64,000 bases of DNA from Alphaproteobacteria bacterium (GCA_021732145.1 JAKFVN010000005.1:7019-71018), one strand, 5' to 3'. Shown: positions 28,144-37,626, counted from the stretch's first letter. Numbers and translations are program-made. The notes: a model not told the origin generated them from the sequence alone.

Positions 28144-29424
28144 ATGCCCCGTATGACCGCACCCCCAAGCAATAGCCATGCAGCGCATGATTTATTTGCG
28201 CCCGCAGCGCAGCAGGTTTCCTTAAGCGATGCAATTGAATTGCACCGTTTTCAGGGCGTGAAGGACGCGCACCGCGTCGCGCTGATTGAAAGATTGCTGC
28301 ACGGGCTTGCCACGGTTGTGCCCAGCAAGGCGAATAGCGACATTTTGCTGATGGTGTGCGGCAATGAAGAACATTTTCGCTTGGCCAAAAAACTGATGGC
28401 TGAATTCAGTGACATGTTCGCGGCTGTAAAAGAAAAGCATGACAATAATAAAAAATGCGTTGAAGCGATGCATGAGCGCGTGAAAACCATGCGTGAAAGC
28501 AATGGCCTGTTTAAAGACAGGGATACGAAGGTTCCAGGCTTCCTTCGTGATGTGAAGCTGCGCCCGCGCGAAGCCTTAAGCGAAGGCCAAACCCCGCTGA
28601 TTGATAGCCTTGCCGATGAAACCACCAATATCATTGCCGTGCTGGGGCATTTTGGTTCGGGCAAAACCTATCTGGCGGTGGCGCAGGGGCTTGAGGATAT
28701 TATCACGGGCCGCCGCACCAAGCTGATTGCGACGCGTAAAGAGTCGCCGGTGCATAAGCAAATCGGCTTTGTGCCGGGCACCCAGCACGACAAAACCAAG
28801 CGTGATAACCACGCCGTGTTTGAAAATCTGGTCAAGGTGATGATGGATTGGGGCGTGCCTGAAAAGGATGCGATTGATAAAACCGAACGCCTCATCAAGC
28901 CATCCAAATCATTATTACCGGGGCAGGAAATTGTTGAAGTGGTGCTGCCCGCGCAATTGGAAGGCCGCACCATCCACGATGCGGTGATTATCCTGGATGA
29001 AGCGCATGGCATTCCCACCGCGTTGATGCGCGGCATTCTGGGACGGCTTGGCAATAATTCGAAGCTCATTATCATGGGGGACTTCCACCAGATTAATGAC
29101 AAGCGCTTGCGCCAAACCCATTATGATGAAGATGACGGATGCGGCCTTGCCTATGCGGTGTCGTTTCTGGCCGATAGCCCGAACATTGATAACATTGCCA
29201 TGATTGTGAACATGGATGCCAAGGATGTGCATCGCAGCGCGGCAACGCGCGAAGTTGCCTTTGCGATGCAGGCTTACGCTAAAAAGCGCGGGCGTTTTCC
29301 CGTATGGCAGGGTGATATTGATAATGCGCTGGTGCAATATGCGGAACGCAAGCAAACCGCAATGCGTTCAAACGTGGCAACGCTGCGCAGGTCGCGCATT
29401 GCCACTGCATCCTGCGATGCCTGA
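28144..29424 (+). CDS. divergent PhoH-family ATPase
   Basis: GHFGSGKTYLA, IGFVPG, LEGRTIHDAVIILDEAHG, RLGNNSK, GDFHQ, DVHRS. Confidence 0.85.
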   Translation: MPRMTAPPSNSHAAHDLFAPAAQQVSLSDAIELHRFQGVKDAHRVALIERLLHGLATVVPSKANSDILLMVCGNEEHFRLAKKLMAEFSDMFAAVKEKHDNNKKCVEAMHERVKTMRESNGLFKDRDTKVPGFLRDVKLRPREALSEGQTPLIDSLADETTNIIAVLGHFGSGKTYLAVAQGLEDIITGRRTKLIATRKESPVHKQIGFVPGTQHDKTKRDNHAVFENLVKVMMDWGVPEKDAIDKTERLIKPSKSLLPGQEIVEVVLPAQLEGRTIHDAVIILDEAHGIPTALMRGILGRLGNNSKLIIMGDFHQINDKRLRQTHYDEDDGCGLAYAVSFLADSPNIDNIAMIVNMDAKDVHRSAATREVAFAMQAYAKKRGRFPVWQGDIDNALVQYAERKQTAMRSNVATLRRSRIATASCDA

Positions 29425-29497
29425 TTGAGTCGCAGGCATGATGCGGCTGAAATGAGGCAGCTTGTTTCGCCGGCGATGGCGGTGGTATCGTCAGCTT

Positions 29498-30574
29498 ATG
29501 AAATTCAAAGCATTTTTATTATCGGTCATTATTTCTCTCGTCCTGTTGTGCGTCCCGGCTTTTGCCAAGGATGCGCAACCTGCTGCACCTGCCAAAGCAC
29601 CCGTTGCGGCCGCGCCTGTTCAGGACAAAACCATTTTGCCGCCTAAAATCGCGCCGGATAAACTGCCAAAGAAAATCAAGCTGGCCGGCAGCGCCTATAT
29701 TCCGTTCAAGACATGGGATAGGGGCAAGGAAATTCAAGGGGGCGGATTTTTATTGCTGCCGCCTAATCTCATTATCGGTAAGGACAAGGTTCCGGTTGTC
29801 ATCATTATGCATGGCAGCAGGGGCGTGACGCCCGAGCATGAATATGTCTATGCGCGGGAATTGGTCGCGATGGGCGTGGCTGCCTTTGTGGTGGATAGTT
29901 ATACACCGCGCGGCATTGCCACGACGCATGAAAACCAGCGCCTTATCTCCATTCGCGACTTCACGCTCGATGCGTACCGCGCGCTTTATGAACTGCGCAA
30001 GGAACCGCGCGTGGATATCAGCAGGGCAGGGATTGTCGGCTTTTCCAAGGGCGCGATTATTTCATTGCTGACCGCAATGAATGTGAAACGCAATGAATTG
30101 CGCATTGATAAAAATTTGAAGTTTAAAGCGCATTATCTGTTTTATCCCGGATGCGTGCTGCATTACCGCGATAATTCAACAACCGGCGCGCCGATTACGT
30201 TCTTCCTTGGCGAAAAGGATACGTATACCGGCGTGAAGCCATGCGTGAATTTGTCGAACGAATTATTTGCCAATGGCGCAAAAACGCAGAGCATTATTTA
30301 CAAAGACGCCGTGCATGCATGGGATTTTCCCGGCGAAGAAGCGCACCCCGAAGCGGAAGTATTTATGAATTGTGATTTTTACCAGCAGCCCGATAACACA
30401 TGGATCGAAAAGAAATCCGGCGTGACGGGCATTCGGGGATTGGAAGGCCCCACTTATGAAAAAGCGCTGAAGGGTTGCCTGACCTTTGGCGAAGTTTCAA
30501 AAGAAAACGCGAAAGCCAATGCGCAATCGATGGCGGATTTCAAGCGCCTGGTGAAAGAGCAGCTTTTTAAATAG
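29498..30574 (+). CDS. exported dienelactone hydrolase-family alpha/beta hydrolase
   Basis: Signal peptide, HGSRG, GFSKGA nucleophile elbow, GEKDTYT, HAWD. Confidence 0.85.
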   Translation: MKFKAFLLSVIISLVLLCVPAFAKDAQPAAPAKAPVAAAPVQDKTILPPKIAPDKLPKKIKLAGSAYIPFKTWDRGKEIQGGGFLLLPPNLIIGKDKVPVVIIMHGSRGVTPEHEYVYARELVAMGVAAFVVDSYTPRGIATTHENQRLISIRDFTLDAYRALYELRKEPRVDISRAGIVGFSKGAIISLLTAMNVKRNELRIDKNLKFKAHYLFYPGCVLHYRDNSTTGAPITFFLGEKDTYTGVKPCVNLSNELFANGAKTQSIIYKDAVHAWDFPGEEAHPEAEVFMNCDFYQQPDNTWIEKKSGVTGIRGLEGPTYEKALKGCLTFGEVSKENAKANAQSMADFKRLVKEQLFK

Positions 30575-30729
30575 CGCCCGTTGCTAAGGGTGTTGCATCG
30601 CAACAGGTTATTCACATGTTTTTTGGAAATTGCCCAAAAAACTGCTAAACACAAATCAAATTTGGCAATACGATTCAAAGCTTGTTCGTCGCACTTATAT
30701 ATATGTGTTCACATAGATAGGGTTATTAG

Positions 30730-32433
30730 TTGCTGGCACCCTTGGACAAAGTTTTAGCTTTTTCTCCCGCTGGTGCAGCGGCGCCTGCCAGCCGCCTAGA
30801 GCGAAGCAACGAAGCCAAATACAAAACTGGCAAAGAACTGGCAGAATTCTGCAAAAAGCATAATATTCCCCATGTGCTTGATGCCACCAGCATGGTGTTG
30901 CCAACGCGCGAATTGCAGGATTTGTTCAGCAAAGAATATCCAATTTCGTGGTTTCCGGATATTGGCCTGCGCCAGGAAGGTGCATCCACCGTTATTGCGC
31001 TGGAAAGCAAGAACAAGGACAGCCCCGATAGTCTGCACGGCCATGTGATGTCGGCGATTTCCGGTTATGTCGCCAAGAAATTGGGGATGGTGACGGATAG
31101 CGTTTATATCCAAGCCGACCCCGAACTGGAATACCGCGTGGCGTTTCAACCGGCATTGGTTGACCCCATGACCACGCTGCTCAAAGACCAAGGCGCGGCG
31201 GTTATTTCATCCTGCGTTGAATGGAATGACTTGTTTCTTGATTTTGGTCACAAGGCCGACAGCCAATACGAATTATTCTGGCATACAACGGCGTTTGCGT
31301 TTACTTCGGCTGGGAATAACGGCCTTTATGGGCCTGATGGCGATATTAAAGTTCCAACACAAAAGCACATGGCGTTTTGTCATGCGCCCCCGCTTGCCGC
31401 CAGTGTCGGCGCGGTGGAGTGGGGCGAACGTACGTCGATGCTGACCGAAGGTTTTTATATTCCGGGTTATAGCTCGGCAAATGGGCCGACATTCTTGGCG
31501 CCGGTTGCGCCGCTGGCCAAAGTGAAATGGAAAAATGACAAAGAACCGGAAGCGATTACTGGTTCATCCGCGGCAGAGCCTTATGCGGCGGGTGTGTTTG
31601 CGGCGCTGAACAAACGCTTTGGCCCATATTTAACGCGTGAACAGATTTTGTTCGCGGTGATTGCGACCTGCGATAAGACCACGCAGGTGCATAAATTCGA
31701 TAAGCAAACGCCGGATGATTACTCCATTATCTACAAGCCAAATGCGGCGGGGCATACTTTTAACGACGGGCCGGGCGGCTTTGGTATGATTAACCCATAC
31801 AAGGCGCATCGTTTATTGGCGCATATGGTTCTGTTGACACAGAACAATCCGGATTTAATTACCGAGCCAACGGAAGTACGCGCGGAATTGCCCATTCCAA
31901 AAAATCCTGCCAGCTATGCGGCGAAGGATGGTTTTTATTATTATGAGATTGAATTGCCAGCGGGCTATGCATTGAAGACCACGATTGAAGCGCAATTCAC
32001 CAACGCAGAGGGCGTTGATGTGGCGCATGGTCAATTGCGCATGACCAGCCCATCGGGAACGGAGTTTGCGATGGTGACCAGCCGTTCCTATAAGGATGGT
32101 GTGTTTAATGGTGTATCCACAACGCATGGCTTTACGGGCGAGCAAACCGCAGGCACATGGCGCGTGCGCAGCACCGAACCCATCAGCCATCTGCGCATTA
32201 GCGCGCATCGCTTCATGGAAGGCGATGTTGTTCATCAATTGGATATTAAACGGCTAATGAATACACCAGAGCCGTATATTCAGAATGCGGTGCCATTGGT
32301 TGAATTGAAAAATGATTTGCGCGCGGTGCAAACGGTTGCCATGCAACCGCGCCGTCCGCAGCATGCCGCAAAAGGGGCAGAAAGAATGCCTCATGCTTCT
32401 GCGTTTCCGCAGGTTGCTGTCGCAGCGATGTAG
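30730..32433 (+). CDS. divergent subtilisin/kexin-like S8 peptidase with P-domain-like C-terminus (start uncertain)
   Basis: HGHVMS, SAGNNG, GSSAAEPYAAG, GFGMIN, LRMTSPSGT...FTGEQTAGTW. Confidence 0.7.
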   Translation: MLAPLDKVLAFSPAGAAAPASRLERSNEAKYKTGKELAEFCKKHNIPHVLDATSMVLPTRELQDLFSKEYPISWFPDIGLRQEGASTVIALESKNKDSPDSLHGHVMSAISGYVAKKLGMVTDSVYIQADPELEYRVAFQPALVDPMTTLLKDQGAAVISSCVEWNDLFLDFGHKADSQYELFWHTTAFAFTSAGNNGLYGPDGDIKVPTQKHMAFCHAPPLAASVGAVEWGERTSMLTEGFYIPGYSSANGPTFLAPVAPLAKVKWKNDKEPEAITGSSAAEPYAAGVFAALNKRFGPYLTREQILFAVIATCDKTTQVHKFDKQTPDDYSIIYKPNAAGHTFNDGPGGFGMINPYKAHRLLAHMVLLTQNNPDLITEPTEVRAELPIPKNPASYAAKDGFYYYEIELPAGYALKTTIEAQFTNAEGVDVAHGQLRMTSPSGTEFAMVTSRSYKDGVFNGVSTTHGFTGEQTAGTWRVRSTEPISHLRISAHRFMEGDVVHQLDIKRLMNTPEPYIQNAVPLVELKNDLRAVQTVAMQPRRPQHAAKGAERMPHASAFPQVAVAAM

Positions 32434-32447
32434 GGGGAGTTAATCAT

Positions 32448-32625
32448 TGGAGCGGGGATGAGGATTCGAACCCTGTGCCGCTTTGCGGCACGTATAAATT
32501 TGTCGAGGGTTCCTGACAACTACCGCTAGCTCTCAATGGAGCGGGGATGAGGATTCGAACCCTGTGCCGCTTTGCGGCACGTATAAATTTGTCGAGGGTT
32601 CCTGACAACTACCGCTAGCTCTCAA
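32448..32625 (-). repeat. two identical 89-bp tandem repeats ending in a tRNA-Gly-like 3' end
   Basis: Units 32448..32536 and 32537..32625; on the minus strand each ends ...GGGTTCGAATCCTCATCCCCGCTCCA; internal hairpin GTGCCGC-AAA-GCGGCAC. Confidence 0.93.
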
Positions 32626-32700
32626 TGGAGCGGGCGAAGGGATTCGAACCCTCGACCCTAACCTTGGCAAGGTTATGCTCTACCCCTGAGCTACGCCCGC
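32626..32700 (-). tRNA. tRNA-Gly(GCC)
   Basis: GCGGGCGTAGCTCAGGGGTAGAGCATAACCTTGCCAAGGTTAGGGTCGAGGGTTCGAATCCCTTCGCCCGCTCCA. Confidence 0.97.
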
Positions 32701-32837
32701 TTCCTGTTGAGTGGCGCGATAATACGGAATACGCGCTACTTTGCAAGTATCTTTAATAAATGCCCTAAAACACTTGCCGTTAGGCCATAACTGCACCATC
32801 TTATAACCATTCAACAAACCTTTTAACGAATAGCCCC

Positions 32838-33773
32838 ATGCAATCGCCTGCACAATCACTTGCGCCTAATCCGCAAATCCCGAATGTCATCAAAGATGGC
32901 ACGACGGAGTCGTTCATGACGGATGTGATTGAGGCATCCCAGGAACGCCCCGTGATTGTGGATTTTTGGGCGGAATGGTGCGGCCCGTGCAAGCAATTAA
33001 TCCCATCACTTGAAAAAGCGGTGAAGGCACAAAATGGCAAGGTGCACCTCGTGAAGGTGAATGTTGACCAGAACCGTGAATTGGCTGCGGGCCTTCGCGT
33101 GCAATCCATCCCAGCTGTATTCGTGTTTTTCCAAGGCCAGCCAATTGACGCGTTTGTGGGTGCGCTCCCTGACAGCGAAATTAAAAAAATGGTAGATAGC
33201 CTTGCCAATGTGAACGCCAAAAACCCTGAAGGCGCAAATGTGGCATCGATGCTGAAACAGGCGGAAGGGTTTGTAGCAGAAGGTAAGCTCGACCACGCGC
33301 AGGCGCTGTATAGCGCCGTATTGGAAATTGAAGGCGAAAACGCCACTGCTTACACAGGTTTAATCAAGGCATTCCTCGCGGCCGATAATGCGGAAGAAGC
33401 GACGTATTTATATGAAAACGCACCCGATGCGGTGAAGGCCGATAAAGCGTGGGCATCGGTGCAAACCGCGTTTGAATTGAAGGAAAAAATGGCGAAGTCT
33501 GCGCTGGGCGCGGATGCAACGCGAGGTTTAAAGGCAAAGGTGGACGCAGAACCCACAAACCATCAGGCGCGGTTTGATTATGCGCTGGCGCTTTTTGCCG
33601 AAGGCAACCGCGAAAACGCAATAGATGAATTGCTGGAAATCATCAAGCGTGACCGCAAATGGAATGAAGAAGCTGCGCGCAAGGAACTGGTAACAATATT
33701 TGAAGCGCTAGGCCCGATGGATCCGTTGGTGATTGCGGCGCGCAAGCGCATGTCATCCATTTTGTTCGCGTGA
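32838..33773 (+). CDS. cnoX: thioredoxin-TPR co-chaperone (YbbN/CnoX family)
   Basis: VDFWAEWCGPCKQL plus C-terminal TPR region ending RKRMSSILFA. Confidence 0.9.
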   Translation: MQSPAQSLAPNPQIPNVIKDGTTESFMTDVIEASQERPVIVDFWAEWCGPCKQLIPSLEKAVKAQNGKVHLVKVNVDQNRELAAGLRVQSIPAVFVFFQGQPIDAFVGALPDSEIKKMVDSLANVNAKNPEGANVASMLKQAEGFVAEGKLDHAQALYSAVLEIEGENATAYTGLIKAFLAADNAEEATYLYENAPDAVKADKAWASVQTAFELKEKMAKSALGADATRGLKAKVDAEPTNHQARFDYALALFAEGNRENAIDELLEIIKRDRKWNEEAARKELVTIFEALGPMDPLVIAARKRMSSILFA

Positions 33774-33782
33774 GAGGACATT

Positions 33783-34478
33783 ATGACGGATCCGACAAAA
33801 CCAAAAATTGCCGGAACACCGTTCATCACGCGGCCTGAAGATTTGCCGGAAATCATTCCCATTTTCCCGATGGCGGGCGTGTTGCTGCTGCCCGGTGGGC
33901 GTTTGCCGCTGAACATATTCGAGCCGCGCTATCTGGCGATGGTGGAAAACGCGCTGGCGCATAAGCGCATTTTTGGCATGGTGCAACCCACCGGCATTAA
34001 TAATCCCGATGGTTCATCGCAGGTGTTCAAGGTTGGCTGCGCGGGGCGCATCCACTCCTTCAATGAAACCGATGATGGCCGTTTGCTGATTAGTCTCGTT
34101 GGCGTTTGCCGTTTCCGCATTCGCGAGGAAGCCGACATGCAAAACGGCTTCCGCCGCGCCAAAGCCGAATGGGATGATTATTTGCATGACTTGACCGAAA
34201 CCTGCAAACCCGCCTGCGTTGACCGCGATAAACTGATGCAGCACATGAAATGCTACTTCAAATTGCAGGGCGTGGCAGGGGACTGGGATGTGATTGAAAA
34301 AACCAATGACAATAAGTTGATTACATCGCTGGCGATGATTTGCCCGTTCCAGCCAAGCGAAAAGCAGGCGTTACTGGAAGCCAAAACGATTGAAGAACGT
34401 TGCCGTTTATTGACAACGCTGATGGATATGGCATTGCTGGGCGAAGACGATGATGATTGCGATATGATAAAGCATTAG
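33783..34478 (+). CDS. LON peptidase substrate-binding domain protein
   Basis: [38 protein letters not shown]. Confidence 0.92.
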   Translation: MTDPTKPKIAGTPFITRPEDLPEIIPIFPMAGVLLLPGGRLPLNIFEPRYLAMVENALAHKRIFGMVQPTGINNPDGSSQVFKVGCAGRIHSFNETDDGRLLISLVGVCRFRIREEADMQNGFRRAKAEWDDYLHDLTETCKPACVDRDKLMQHMKCYFKLQGVAGDWDVIEKTNDNKLITSLAMICPFQPSEKQALLEAKTIEERCRLLTTLMDMALLGEDDDDCDMIKH

Positions 34479-34486
34479 GGGATAGC

Positions 34487-34693
34487 ATGAGCCAGAAGGA
34501 CGAATTGCCAAACACCCATACCCGCGTTGACCCGCGTTTGCTGGAAGTGTTGGTATGCCCCATTACCAAATCATCACTGCGCTATGACGCAGCGGCGCAG
34601 GAACTGATTTCCGATGCGGCCAAGCTGGCATTCCCCATTCGCGATGGCATTCCCATTATGTTGATTGATGATGCGCGCCGTATCGATGAGTAA
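34487..34693 (+). CDS. Trm112-family protein
   Basis: [14 protein letters not shown]...[18 protein letters not shown]. Confidence 0.92.
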   Translation: MSQKDELPNTHTRVDPRLLEVLVCPITKSSLRYDAAAQELISDAAKLAFPIRDGIPIMLIDDARRIDE

Positions 34694-34982
34694 AGAGCCT
34701 TGGCCAACCGATATTAAATTAAAGAAAAGCGAGAACACGCTTTCCATCACCTTTGATGATGGGAAGGTTTTGGTATTTAGCGCAAAGAACCTGCGTGAAA
34801 ACAGCCCATCTGCCGAAGTGCAGGGGCATGGTGGGCAAAAGCCAGAAGTTCATATTAATCCAAACGTGCGCATCGCCAGCATCGAAGCAGTGGGCAATTA
34901 TGCCGTGCGTATTTTGTTTGATGATGGGCATGCCACGGGCCTTTATAGCTGGGCGTGGCTTTATAATTTGAAAAAAGAATAA
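34686..34982 (+). CDS. DUF971 / gamma-butyrobetaine hydroxylase N-terminal-like protein
   Basis: [35 protein letters not shown]. Confidence 0.9.
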   Translation: MSKEPWPTDIKLKKSENTLSITFDDGKVLVFSAKNLRENSPSAEVQGHGGQKPEVHINPNVRIASIEAVGNYAVRILFDDGHATGLYSWAWLYNLKKE

Positions 34983-34989
34983 ACGTTCA

Positions 34990-35086
34990 CGTCATTGCGA
35001 GGAGGGCGTTAGCCCGACGCGGCAATCCATTTTAAAATACGTTTAGTGTAAGGATTCTGGATTGCTTCGCTACGCTCGCAATGACG
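34990..35086. repeat. REP/RPE-like palindromic element between convergent genes
   Basis: CGTCATTGCGAG...GCAATCCA / TGGATTGC...CTCGCAATGACG nested inverted repeats. Confidence 0.85.
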
Positions 35087-35089
35087 AAG

Positions 35090-36058
35090 TTACGCTGATT
35101 TACGCGGCGTGTTACTAGCATTATCCTCATCATCATAATCTTGCGCGAGCTCACGCGTTTCGATGAGGGTTTCTTCGGCTTTCTGCGCAGGTGATTTCTG
35201 GCGTTGTCCGCCTTTGCCGTTCTTATTCAATGCATCCAGCATCAATGAAATCATGCTGGTGGTGGTGTTAAAGAAAATGGTCGCATCGCTGATGCTGATA
35301 TGGGCATCGGCATTGTGCCCATTGGTATTAGTTAGGGCAGGGCGAATGCGGCCTTCGATATCGCTGAGCATTCCAACAATACGTGCATCAGGGGCATTGG
35401 GGTTCTTACCCTTGCTCATTGCAACGAGACGCGGCAGCGCTTCATGCCACAAAACGTCGGATTTGCTGGCGGTTCCGCCGCCAAAGGCTTCGCTGTACTT
35501 GCTGAGCAAATCTTCAGCTGCGCGTACCAAATGAAAGCAGCATGCGCTGGCAAGGCCGAATGCAAGGGCGCGGCCAGCCGCGCGAATATCGGCACGCACG
35601 CCCTGCGGCATGATGCGCAGGGTTTCTTCGGCAAATTGATTATCTGCATGTTCGGTCAGTTCATAGGTATCGAACAAGCCGCGCTTTGGCACCGTGAACA
35701 CGGCCTTGCGGCTCAGTTCGGATGCAAACGCGGTTTCAAATTTTTCAACGAGGGAGCGGAGCAGGGTAAGCTCGTGCGCATCAATCACTTCTTCGCGGCC
35801 GGGGAAACGGAATTGGCGCGTGTTCAAATCAATAAAGTTCTTATCAAAAATCGCGCCAAGCTTGTTCAGCAGCGCGTTGGCTTCTGGCTTTGAATGTTCC
35901 AGTTGAATGGGGTCGCCCTTGATCAGGGTGTCGAGCGCGGTTTGCGCTTCCATCAGCGGAACGAACATCTCCGCCGCGCCAACGGCAGTGCGGTTGGCGA
36001 CTACGCGATATAATTTCGCGCCGAGATCATAAAATTTATACTGGCTAATTGGGTTCAT
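35090..36058 (-). CDS. hypothetical protein, possibly degenerate HEPN/DUF4145-like
   Basis: 322-aa ORF; helix motif AAGRALAFGLASACCFHLVRAAE. Confidence 0.6.
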   Translation of the reverse strand: MNPISQYKFYDLGAKLYRVVANRTAVGAAEMFVPLMEAQTALDTLIKGDPIQLEHSKPEANALLNKLGAIFDKNFIDLNTRQFRFPGREEVIDAHELTLLRSLVEKFETAFASELSRKAVFTVPKRGLFDTYELTEHADNQFAEETLRIMPQGVRADIRAAGRALAFGLASACCFHLVRAAEDLLSKYSEAFGGGTASKSDVLWHEALPRLVAMSKGKNPNAPDARIVGMLSDIEGRIRPALTNTNGHNADAHISISDATIFFNTTTSMISLMLDALNKNGKGGQRQKSPAQKAEETLIETRELAQDYDDEDNASNTPRKSA

Positions 36059-36384
36059 ATTTTTCTACTGGCCCACAACTTATATATGCCAAATGCGTTT
36101 TAAAATTGGTGCGCTCGCATAAGCTCGCGGGCGGCTTTGTCACCTTGCTGCTGAATCGAATTCAGCACCAAAATGGTCGCTCTGTTTAGCAAGCGCTCCG
36201 TAATCGAGGCAAGCAGAATGTTACGGTATAGCAAAGAAACAAGTGTATATTAACGTTTAGAGCATGGAGTGGACTAGTTGGTTTAGCGCAATAACCACGG
36301 TAGCTAAACGCCTCTTAACAAAAAAACATAAAAATACCTCTTTAGTTTCGCACCCGGCAGTGTATAACGCTGCACCGCACAAAA

Positions 36385-36404
36385 TGTGGATAAGTTGTGG
36401 ATAT
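36385..36404. promoter_or_regulatory. tandem DnaA-box-like sites
   Basis: TGTGGATAA 36385..36393 (perfect) and TGTGGATAT 36396..36404 (one mismatch). Confidence 0.5.
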
Positions 36405-36426
36405 AAACGGAACGGAAGTAACAGAG

Positions 36427-36699
36427 ATGAGTCAGCAACAACAACGTTTGAGATCAGTAGGCAGAGGCGTAGCAGAAACGCCAGACGCATATGCAGATCT
36501 GCATGCATATGATGCGCGCTCGCGGAGAACACCGCGCCCCGCAAATGATGCTGCATCCGTTCGTGTTGTGCGCGACGAAACACCAGTTCAGGAAATTGAA
36601 TTTGTTGCATCGGGTTCCGGCAACCAACAACAGCAGCAACGCATGCAACGCCAAGTGCAGCAACGCCATACCGGCGCATTGCTTACGCCGCGCACATAA
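36427..36699 (+). CDS. Gln-rich hypothetical protein
   Basis: MSQQQQRLRS...; low-complexity ORF. Confidence 0.5.
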   Translation: MSQQQQRLRSVGRGVAETPDAYADLHAYDARSRRTPRPANDAASVRVVRDETPVQEIEFVASGSGNQQQQQRMQRQVQQRHTGALLTPRT

Positions 36700-36738
36700 C
36701 AACCCCAAATAAAAAAGAGAAAGTAGTTAGTTAAGGTA

Positions 36739-37269
36739 ATGTCCAGTCAGCAGCAAGTACAAGTCCAGTCCCGTAAATTAGGCCAACGTGTTCGTACTAC
36801 CCCAGACAAACACGAAGTCGTATTATTCCCAGGCGTAACACGTGCGCCCGTGCCAGCAAAAAAAGAAGCGCCAATTCCAGCCGAGCAGCGCCGCATGGTA
36901 CAATTAGGTTTCCAAACCTATCAAACTGGAACCAGCCTTAAGGTTATTGCAGAAAATCTTGCGGAACTGGATGCCGCAATTCGCAATCCGGAAAATGAAA
37001 AATTGTACAAAGTTGATGAAGAAGATACCGGTTCAACGGTAAAAGGTGTTGCTCTGACAGCCTATGCCAATGCTTACCGCAACCTTGCCTATATTGCGCA
37101 GGATCTTGCGAACAAGGACAAGCATGAAGCGGCCAACGAATTGAAGGCCGTGTTAGCGAATTCCAAAGCGGATAGAGAGCGTCCTGTTGATATTCAACAA
37201 CAGCAGCGCCCAGACCCGAACCGTCAAGAAAAAGACAGACAAGCCGGCCAGCAGCAACCGCAGCTTTAA
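36739..37269 (+). CDS. Gln-rich hypothetical protein
   Basis: 176-aa ORF MSSQQQVQVQ..., AAGG upstream. Confidence 0.6.
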   Translation: MSSQQQVQVQSRKLGQRVRTTPDKHEVVLFPGVTRAPVPAKKEAPIPAEQRRMVQLGFQTYQTGTSLKVIAENLAELDAAIRNPENEKLYKVDEEDTGSTVKGVALTAYANAYRNLAYIAQDLANKDKHEAANELKAVLANSKADRERPVDIQQQQRPDPNRQEKDRQAGQQQPQL

Positions 37270-37293
37270 TGAAGCCGATGAGTCATTAGGCGA

Positions 37294-37626
37294 TTAATGC
37301 TGATCGGCTTTTTGTGGTGCGCTGCCTGTAGGCGGCGTCGCAAATTGCGGATGTTCCTTCATCCATTTCTCGCGGCGTTCTTGCATGTTTTTTTCAAATG
37401 CCTTGCGTTCCTCCGGTGTCATTGCATCCAGCTTGGCTTTCATTATTTTTTGATGATCTTCAATTATCGCCTTCATTTGCTCGGTCGTTATGTTTTGCAT
37501 GGGAACGGGCTGCTGCTGTGCATCCGTCCTGGCGGCTACAGGCGGCACATTATTTTCAGCATGCGCCGCGCCGCATAGTAACAACCCGAATAAGGAAAGC
37601 AGGGCGAGCGATTTCAGATTGGTCAT
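37294..37626 (-). CDS. small exported helical protein
   Basis: Signal peptide MTNLKSLALLSLFGLLLCGAAHA; MTPEERKAF motif. Confidence 0.65.
   Translation of the reverse strand: MTNLKSLALLSLFGLLLCGAAHAENNVPPVAARTDAQQQPVPMQNITTEQMKAIIEDHQKIMKAKLDAMTPEERKAFEKNMQERREKWMKEHPQFATPPTGSAPQKADQH

Noticed and set aside
9915-32700. The whole tRNA-to-tRNA region as one prophage or ICE
   Set aside because: No integrase, structural, replication or conjugation genes; the two tRNAs share no att repeat; base composition beyond 11.6 kb looks host-like
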